DNA of 64,000 nucleotides from Camelus ferus (Eukaryota), in the NCBI RefSeq assembly GCF_009834535.1, contig NC_045696.1, positions 22,942,001-23,006,000 on the forward strand, written 5' to 3'. Of the stretch, positions 55,915-64,000 are shown piece after piece. Numbering within the stretch: the first letter of the stretch is position 1; each line of letters starts with the position of its first letter. The notes below the pieces were generated by a model, which searched no databases, was not told where the DNA came from, and saw only the letters and a list, made by a program, of their open reading frames with translations. A program made the translations under genes and the position numbers.

Positions 55915-56568
55915 ACACAGCTTTCAAAGTTGCTTCAAACTCCTTATCATATCTTCTGGAGTCAGCTCCTCCAAAAATGGCGGCCATACACCTATGGACT
56001 TGGCAAGGATGCAGATATAATACGCTAACATTTTACCAATAAACTTATTATGTGTTTACGAGGACTATCCTAACCTCTTGAGTTTTCAGCATAGGTTATA
56101 TAAAACGTCCCCTGACATCTCTCATGGTGTAGTTCTACTAGCAATTAATAATATTTAAAGTCAATAGCATTCAGCTTCATTTTTGAAGGGAAATAGGCTC
56201 AAAGGTAACACATAAATCCAGTTATAGCCTTTAATTTTCTTATTGAAGCTGATGAAGTGTACTAACCACTGGAATGTGAGCAAAAGTTTCTGAACAGGAT
56301 CTGTTGAGATCTTGGTTCCAACCTTGCTATAAAAAATTCAAGTTTCTTAAGTAATTTACTATACTTGGATTTAAACTTGAATGGCTGGGCTATGAGCTCT
56401 TCCAAGTGGTCGACAATCGAAGCCTGCCTTGTAAAACAGGTGAGGATTAATATAGACATAAAAACCAAAGGAAAATATAATCACTTCAAAAGTAACCAAC
56501 TAGAGTTTCACAGGGATTTGACCGAAATATTATTTAACAGCATTGTGCATAGCTTTTTGTCAGATTAC

Positions 56569-56649
56569 CACACTGACACAGACCCATAGAAGCGAGCTTG
56601 TGCGGTCCACTTCACCACAAGATCGGATCTACGGGTTTATGCCAATGGG
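56569..56649 (-). ncRNA. MIR99A: pre-miR-99a hairpin; mature 5p AACCCGUAGAUCCGAUCUUGUG at 56616-56637, 3p CAAGCUCGCUUCUAUGGGUCUG at 56579-56600
   Basis: Reverse complement reads CCCAUUGGCAUAAACCCGUAGAUCCGAUCUUGUGGUGAAGUGGACCGCACAAGCUCGCUUCUAUGGGUCUGUGUCAGUGUG (81 nt), the miR-99a stem-loop. Confidence 0.99.
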
Positions 56650-59600
56650 CAAAATCTCACATGAGCTCCCTACTAATGCAGAATTTATTGTGAGTATCTG
56701 ATGAAATTAGGAGACAAAAATAATATCAATCTTTTAGCATAAATATTTTAAATGCTGAAATGCTTGAAGTATACATATTCCCAGTTAAAGGCCTTCATAA
56801 ATATTCTAAACTAAATACAGATTATATACATGAGAATTTTAAAACTACTATAATGAAAGATTTTTCACAGATCACTTTTGTTTTAAGAGTGAATATTCTG
56901 GAATTAGACTATTCTAATTCATGATGAATTTTAAAAGAAAATAAAAAAGAATCCATACATGCATATATGAATTATATAATTGTGAAACATGAATGTAGTA
57001 TTATGAGCCTATAATTAAGACCAAATTAACTATTAAGCTAATTGTGTAAGAGTTAGACTGCTTGTTTTAACTCATAAAACCTCAGTTAGTGGTTTCAAGA
57101 AATTGGTAATATTATAACTTTCTCATAAAACAATTAAGATTTTGTTGATTAGGCAGAGCACAAAGGAAGTTATTTAAAAGTCTCAAATATACATATGTGT
57201 CTGTAGTTGAAGTAATACTGAAATGGACAATATTTGGATAAATTAATATCAGAAAACAAAAATGAATGACACATTAATAGCATTATTACTACTACTGCGC
57301 GCTAACATGTATACTACAGATCTATTGCATAAAAGAGGATATCTTGTCTCTTAAACACAATATGTTTAAATTTATTTTTCAAAAAGGATATACTTAAAAC
57401 ATAATAGATGGCTACATACAACTCTTATCTGGTCAACAGGTTGGGCCAAAATAAATTATTATTAAAAAAAATTTAAACCACCAAACAATAAACAAACACA
57501 CAAAGAGTAAACATAAAACCAGCCACGTACACGTTTTTTAAGTTTCTAAGCTCAACAGCAACAAAATTATAAGTTGTACAGCATTAATCATTTCACTCAT
57601 ATCACAATCTTTAGCATTTTTAATTATATCTTCATTGTGAAAAATAATAATATTTAGAAAATTACTTAGTGTTTTTGCCTGTTTTGAAATAAACAAAATG
57701 AAATGTGTTTTATAGACTATACATAGATATTGTGATCTACATAATTTTTCACTACTATTTGTTTTCTAATTATTCCCATACTTATTAAAAACTATAGTAA
57801 AAAGATTACCAATTATGCAGTCAGTCAAATGTAGTAAAAATATTTAACATATATTCATAAATTTAGACAAAACAAAAGGCAACATTTGCTTTGGGTTTTA
57901 TCATTAACTATAAGAATGTATATTTTGGTTTCATTCTCTTATTGTATCATTAAAAAAAAAGAGCACGACTTTATTCCCTCCCCCCAGATTTCACTTCTTT
58001 TTATTTGGTATATGACAAATGAAAAAACCTATTTTGTCTTTGCCTAAATTACTTTCTATTCCACTTTATTTCACCTTTGTTGTATGAATGGATATACAGA
58101 TCTGTGTTTAAAGGGACCCAAACTGTACATTGATCACAAACTCAGACAAAAATTTTCTACAAAGGTAGGTAATAAAAATCCTCAAACCATCAATGACAAT
58201 TCTAATAACTAGATCCATAAATAGTGTAAAACAAATTCTTATAACTAAACAGTCAAAATTATTTTTTTCTTTAAAAGTATTAAATGTTAATTGCTCTTTT
58301 GCTTTATATTTTTTACCTGAGATGATTTCCTCTCCTATGATCACTTTCTTCACTTCTCATATCCATTTTAAGTTTTTCCCTAAAACAACCACAAAAGGAG
58401 AAATATCAGACAACTGCTGCCTAGTTGGAGAATCTGGGTGGATGGTGGGAATGAAGGTAGACGATCGAGAAGAAAATACAGTATCAAAATGGGCAAAACC
58501 TTTTAAAGTATTTTTTTTTTTAAAGGCTTGGAAGATTCATGGAGCCCCACCCAAGGCTACTCATATGACATATAATGTGGTTTCATAGTTTGCATTTATG
58601 CCTTCATTTTGGTTGGTGTTGTTTTCACAGTATCAGTTTTGAAAGTGAAAGGAGGCATGGCTGTTAAAGAAGCGACTAGGTTTTGCACAATGAAGTAGTG
58701 AAAGCTGAAAAGAGATTTGGATTTGGCATGGAGCTTAATAAGATAATTAAGAGTGTAGAGATTAATGGCTCCTAAAAATAACATTTAAAATAATGTTTTT
58801 CAACTAAAGGATCTTGAAACATGAAAACAGGTTTATAAATGTTAATTAAGCCTGTGAAAGTTGATGTTCCATTAGCTGAGGCAACATAAAGGAACAAGAG
58901 CTATTTTTAAAATAATTAGTGAATAATAACCAATAAACTTAATAAAACGGGTTATTTGAATGTTATCAGTATACAGGGTATTTTTAATTTCCCATAATTC
59001 TTCAAAGGATAACAAAAAACAAGGTAGAACTCATCAGTCCTAAAATATTTTCTCATTGTTTACCCTATATATTTTTATTATAATAAAATATGATTTTAAA
59101 AGCATAACAGTTTGCTTAAAGTTCATTCTTTTCATGGAGAATATTATAGCATCAATTCTTAACATGCAAATTATAGTCTTTATTTATATACGCCATATAT
59201 TTCCAGAGCATTTCTCGCTTTAACAGTTTTTAAATATGTTTAGAAACTGTTTTAATCTTAAAATAGGTGAATACGTAGGCTAATTTCCCATTGAACCAGG
59301 CAAAACTGAGTTTTTGTTATAAAATGCTTAAATTGCTTAGAAATTTACTTCTAAAAACAGACAAAACAGTTAGAATGCAAAGCATTTATCTGCTGAGCCA
59401 ATACACTGCTTTAAACTTAAAACAAGTTTGTAGATACTTTTTCCACTAGAATACTTAATGGATAATTCTAACCCTTTCTGCAATAGCTCTAAGACAAATG
59501 CTTCTTATAAATATGTTTTAAAAGTCAATATTATTGTGGAACAAGCTTCTTTTTCTACTTATCAACTGAGAACATGATCTTTTCATCCCTATTTCTGTTA

Positions 59601-60067
59601 CGCTGAAGTCTGTTACACTGAAATTTAAATATAACCTCCCCCAAACTAAATTTTATTTATTAGAAGTTTAATAAATATTCTAATATGACCCTTTTGTAGA
59701 AGTTCAGAAAGTTTCTTCTTTCACATTTCAAATTATGAGTCACAGCACTTGAAAGATTTAGTTTCTTTATCAACTAGGGCTAAATGCTCACTTTTCTTCG
59801 AGAGCAAAAACTACTACTGTACACAAAAAGCCCAGACAACATATTAATGTCCTTCCAAAAGTCTATGTATGACAAAATCTTTTTCATAAAGAATTTTCCA
59901 TTTTTCTTAAAGTTTCTATTCTAATCAGGATTAGAGCAAGAGAGCAAAAGGAAAAAGTTAATAAGAGTAAAGTGGGTGATGAGTTAAATAAGAGTAAACT
60001 GAAAGTTCAAGGATCCACTTTTATATAACAGTAGGCTTAAAAAAGAAACAACAAAAAAAAGTTATAC

Positions 60068-61620
60068 CTGATATGAAAGGTGCGATTTCACCAAGTGCAA
60101 TTATTGCTTATTTTGCCATGTTTTTGAAATAATACAAATAGAGAAGGCTCATTTGCTTATGTTGCCTTACAAGCTGCTTTAAAAAGCCCGATGTCTCTGT
60201 AGTTATACAAGCCAATTTTTTTTTTTTTGGTTTGTTTTGGTTTGGATTTTTGTTTGTTTGTTTTTGTTTTTGAGCAGGACCGTCTCTCCCTCGCTCTTTT
60301 TTTTCAGCACTGTTGCATAGAGTAGGACAAACTCAGATTTTTTTTTCCTTCATGGCTCTTGTTATTTCTTGGAAAAAAGGTCCAGGGTGCTTGTCTTCTT
60401 TTTCTTCCTTCTCGGTATTCCAGGCACAAAGCACTGCGCAGAAGCTGCACCAATCCTTGCCGTCCCTGGCAGCAGAATGGTAGAAGGTGGGAGAGACCAG
60501 GAATCCTTCCAGGCTGTGCTGACTTTAGAAATGAGGATTGCACACGTTTGTCTCCTGAACCAAAAGGGTGAGAAGGCAGGAAGGCAGGGTGCCAGTTTGC
60601 TACGCTGCTGCAATGATCTCATGCTCACTGCTGCTGTCGTCCTGTTTGCCCAGTTCAAATGCCTGTTCATTATAAACCAAAAAAAAAAAAAAAAAAAAAA
60701 GCCTACTTGGATTCTTCAACAAGCAGAAAGGGTATTAACATTAAAAAAAAATCACTAGTAAGAAAAGGCAAAAAACAAGAAAGCACATACAGTTTTAGGA
60801 TTCACTTATTATGCCTCAATATTCTGTTTATATGTTCTTTCTTTTTCTTTTTTTTCCTATTTAGAGATAAGCAGCAGAATTTATCAGGCGTGAAAGGGAC
60901 AGCCTCCTGGTGGCCTGCCAAAAACCCAGAATAAAGGCGAAGTTGTGCTTCAAAGCTCAGTCGCTTGCTGAGTCTGGCTAAAGTCAAGTATTAAGATCCA
61001 CCATTTTCTGAGCCATGCTAGAAAAGAAGAAAAAAGTCAGGACGGTTGCTGCTTTCCAAGTCTCCGTTGGCACCATCACAAAATCTCAGTCGTAAGGTCA
61101 CATGATCCTCTGCCAAATGTAGAGTGCATTCCCATCAACCATTCTGCTGATACTGCGAAGGCAGCTATTGTCTCGTTTAGACCCAAAGTTCAGCCCACTC
61201 TTCATTGAATTAGCTGAAAAACGCATCACCTTTGGGGGCTGGGAGTCATGGAAACGTCTACCTGGCAAGCTGCCCACTTTTTCTGCCCATCAACCAGAGA
61301 TGGAATTGTGCTGCCTAATGCAATGATGACTTGGAATGTGAAGAGTCGACCAGAGTGAATCTGATTCTTGCAACGCCTGTTTCAGTTTGCACAGAAAACT
61401 CTGGCTTCTTGTAGTTAAGTGGGGGCGGGGGGGGGTGAGAATCTTTCTTACTAAATGTAGCAAATAAAGGTCTGAACATGCCTACTTTGCAACTTTATTT
61501 CACAACACACCCAAATGGTTCTCAAATGAAAAGCCTGAAATCTCTGCAAGTTTTCTGAGTTAGAGGCAACCCTCCTCTGCCTCTTTTTCCTTATGAGTGA
61601 ATGCGTCACGCCCAGGTCGT
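60068..61620 (-). promoter_or_regulatory. Candidate proximal promoter/exon region upstream of miR-99a/let-7c
   Basis: Locally GC/CpG-elevated unique sequence. Minus-strand acceptor (T22 tract)...AACAG|GC at 60663/60662, donor CAG|GTATAA at 60068/60067, GC box GGGGCGGGG near 61421, and CRE-like TGCGTCA near 61602. Confidence 0.4.
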
Positions 61621-62333
61621 TTGTTTTAGTTCTTCACATGGCGATTTAAAATCTCTGAGATTCATCTTGCTTTTTATTACTTTCCGACTTTATCTGGCAC
61701 CAGTTCTGTACTACATGGCCACAATATCCACTAGCAAGAGTGAGGATGCATTATTGCTGCAGTCTCCATCAAAGTGGTCCCCCGAGGGAGCCAGCTGTCT
61801 CTTCAGCCACAGGAACCCCTGAAACTGGGTCCTGTGGTAATCCTCATCAGTACCTAGCACAGCTGCTGTGCAAGTTTGCTGAGACTCACTCGTGTAAGAA
61901 GTGCTCTTTCTGTTCCTTCACTAACTACAGCTTTCCTGTGTGGCATGAAAGATGCCTTTGAAAGATGCAGGGAATATATCAACGGCTCTTGGGCAATACA
62001 ATGAAAATGTTCCTTCTTCCCAATGAATTTCTATTCTAGCAAGTGACAAAAGTTCCCGTGGACAAACATTTCCATACTTTCTAACAAAAGTACGGTGAAT
62101 TAAATCTTTCACCACTTCCTTAAGCAGAATCTAAAGCCAAATGGGAAAGCAAGTCTTAGTATTTAAGCCAAACATACTCAGTAGTACTAAAAGGAATCAT
62201 GTTCTACCTGCATTAAAAAATGTTTCAATTTTTCAATGATGGGTGAATCTTTATACTTGTGTTTGCAAAAATTTTTAAATTATATTCAGTGCCTTACAAA
62301 ATTATGGGCTGACGTTACCCCTGCTCCATGTAA

Positions 62334-62359
<26 letters not shown>
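62334..62359. repeat. (AC)13 microsatellite
   Basis: Direct reading. Confidence 0.95.
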
Positions 62360-62365
<6 letters not shown>

Positions 62366-62819
62366 ATACATAACAAAGATTTTAAAGCGTAATCAAACCA
62401 TGACTTGCTTAATAAAAGAAAACCATCAAAAAAAAAATCAAATATCTAGGAAACATATCCTGAAAAAGTCTGTGGCCTTTTATGAGCCATGCTTTTGGGT
62501 CACTTTCTTTAGGAGTGGTAGGAGTGAATGCACCTAAACACACGTGCCTGGGAAACATTCTGGTGTCCTCCCAATTTGTAATTCAGTATACAAAGAATTC
62601 TAAACCATAAAACAAAAATTTACACATGTGCTGAAATTTAAAATGCTTTTTTTTCCTAGATTGCAAAATTCTGGACAACTTTTGCTAACGTCCTAAGCAC
62701 ATACATGCCTTAAAGTGGCTGGTGCGGTGTCAAACATAGCAGACACGTGTTCCCCATGCTAAGCACAGCAAGAAGAAAGTAGACAAGTCCTCACAGAAAG
62801 AAAAATTTAAATTTTGAAT

Positions 62820-62940
62820 TCTCATTCACTTATTCAGTAGATATTTATTAAGTACTAGTATGTGGCCAGGCCTTGTGATAGACACAGGGGAACAGCAATG
62901 AATCAAATGGACATGCCCCCATGCTGGAGTCATCTAGTAA
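62820..62940 (-). mobile_element. L2 3' end remnant
   Basis: CATTCACTTATTCAGTAGATATTTATTAAGTAC..TATGTGGCCAGGCCTTGTG..ACAGCAATGAA. Confidence 0.65.
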
Positions 62941-63249
62941 GAACTTTCAAGTGAGAAAAGCTCACTTCTAAACAAAAGTGTTGTAGGTCTTAAAGGAGCA
63001 TATTAGTGGCAGACTATTCAAGAAACAAACTAATAGGAATTGGAATGTGGAAGTGAAATGGAATTAAAAAATAAATTACAGATAGAGATGCTTTTTGTCA
63101 TCTTGCTGTTTTAAATTTTCTCTTTTTAATAAAAAATATATTAATCAATTTTTCATAATTCTGTTTGACTCCTTAAGAACCTAATTTGAAAACTATATAT
63201 TGCCCTCTCAATTAAAAAACAAAACAAAACATGACAGGAGACATAGGAG

Positions 63250-64000
63250 ATGTTCACTTCCAGGAAACCTGATGAGATGTAGCTTTTTGTAAATCTTCCT
63301 GCTAGGTACAACTAAAAAACCTGGACATTGTACATAAAACAAATGTAAGGAGACAACTCTAAAAGAAGGAGAGAAGGCAGTCCAGTTAGGGACCTCAGGA
63401 CCCAAGGAACAATATAGTGGTGAGTTCCTTGGATTTTAATTTTCCCTCATATATCCAACATTTGGAGCTGAAGAAGCCTGCAACCCAGAGACATCAAATG
63501 GTGCAGAACAAAAAATCCCCAACAAAAGCTTATTCTCTCTAACCAAAAATTAGGAAAGCAGCAGGCTAGAGAGACAGAAAGCACTGGGATAATATCACTT
63601 TGCTCCAGTCAAGCACCACACAAACACCTACACTACGCCACACCTGCCAAAGCAGAGTGGGGAGCTTTGTACCATCCTTGCTAGGTTAGAACAATGTGCC
63701 ACAACGTCCTCTTCCCAGCCCCAGGAAAGTCTGAGTAGGGAATTGAGACGTTCATCCTCGTCAAGGGGTGACACGGTCCCTTTACTCCCACCAAAAGCAG
63801 CATCAGTGGAGACTTCATTCAGATCCTGGACATCCACTCAACCTAAAAGTAATGGGCATCCTTCACAAAGGGGGTCTATTGGAGAATCAGGACATAAGAT
63901 AAGCATTCACAAGATAACCTCATTCTCCTCTAACTTATAAGCCAGCATAAGCCATGACGGGAGCAGTAACAAAGCACTCAAACCCTTCCTAGCCAGGAAG
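63250..64000 (+). mobile_element. Ancient L1M (L1MC/MD-type) 5' region, running off the window
   Basis: GTACAACTAAAAAACCTGGACATT..GGGACCTCAGGACCCAAGGAAC..GGTGAGTTCC..TTGGAGCTGAAGAAGCC..CCCCAACAAAAGC resembles L1M 5'-end consensus as recalled. Confidence 0.65.

Larger units (their letters stand above)
1..64000 (-). ncRNA. MIR99AHG: Part of the miR-99a/let-7c/miR-125b-2 host lncRNA gene (mostly intronic; probably extends beyond the window)
   Basis: Three minus-strand miRNA hairpins in the order miR-99a, let-7c, miR-125b-2, with short then long spacing, which is the known architecture of the MIR99AHG locus. No coding exons seen. Exon structure and transcript ends are not directly visible. Confidence 0.8.

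Noticed and set aside
55829..56020. 63-aa plus-strand ORF
   Set aside because: It is antisense to the let-7c hairpin, which fully explains the sequence.
58108..58784. 131-aa and neighbouring ORFs upstream of miR-99a
   Set aside because: AT-rich composition with no recognisable protein similarity or splice context.
60280..60310. Plus-strand acceptor-like pyrimidine tract ending TTTCAG and the following 129-aa ORF
   Set aside because: Antisense to the host gene, with a non-ATG start, a poly(A)-derived lysine run and no supporting donor or gene context.

Overview
Mammalian, AT-rich, non-coding DNA with no credible protein-coding exon. It is the miR-99a / let-7c / miR-125b-2 tricistron inside its lncRNA host gene (MIR99AHG / LINC00478 orthologue), transcribed on the minus strand. 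All three precursor hairpins match the human stem-loops as I recall them, base for base: pre-miR-99a 56569-56649, pre-let-7c 55831-55914 and pre-miR-125b-2 12460-12548. miR-99a and let-7c are 654 nt apart; miR-125b-2 lies about 43.3 kb further downstream. A Vic-1-type SINE and the L1 3' end point to a camelid genome (inference). Beyond the known cluster, the sequence shows a CpG-dense candidate internal promoter/first exon 1.5-1.8 kb upstream of miR-125b-2 and a second candidate promoter/exon about 3.4-5 kb upstream of miR-99a. It also shows several candidate host-gene splice sites, a 5'-inverted (twin-primed) L1 nested in a DNA transposon, an ERV1/MER41-like solo LTR, a perfect 53-bp local duplication, and many old MIR/L2/DNA-transposon remnants. 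I found no evidence of a wholly new biological system. The most promising leads concern how the three miRNAs could be regulated separately. Repeat family names and boundaries are by-eye recognition, not RepeatMasker output.
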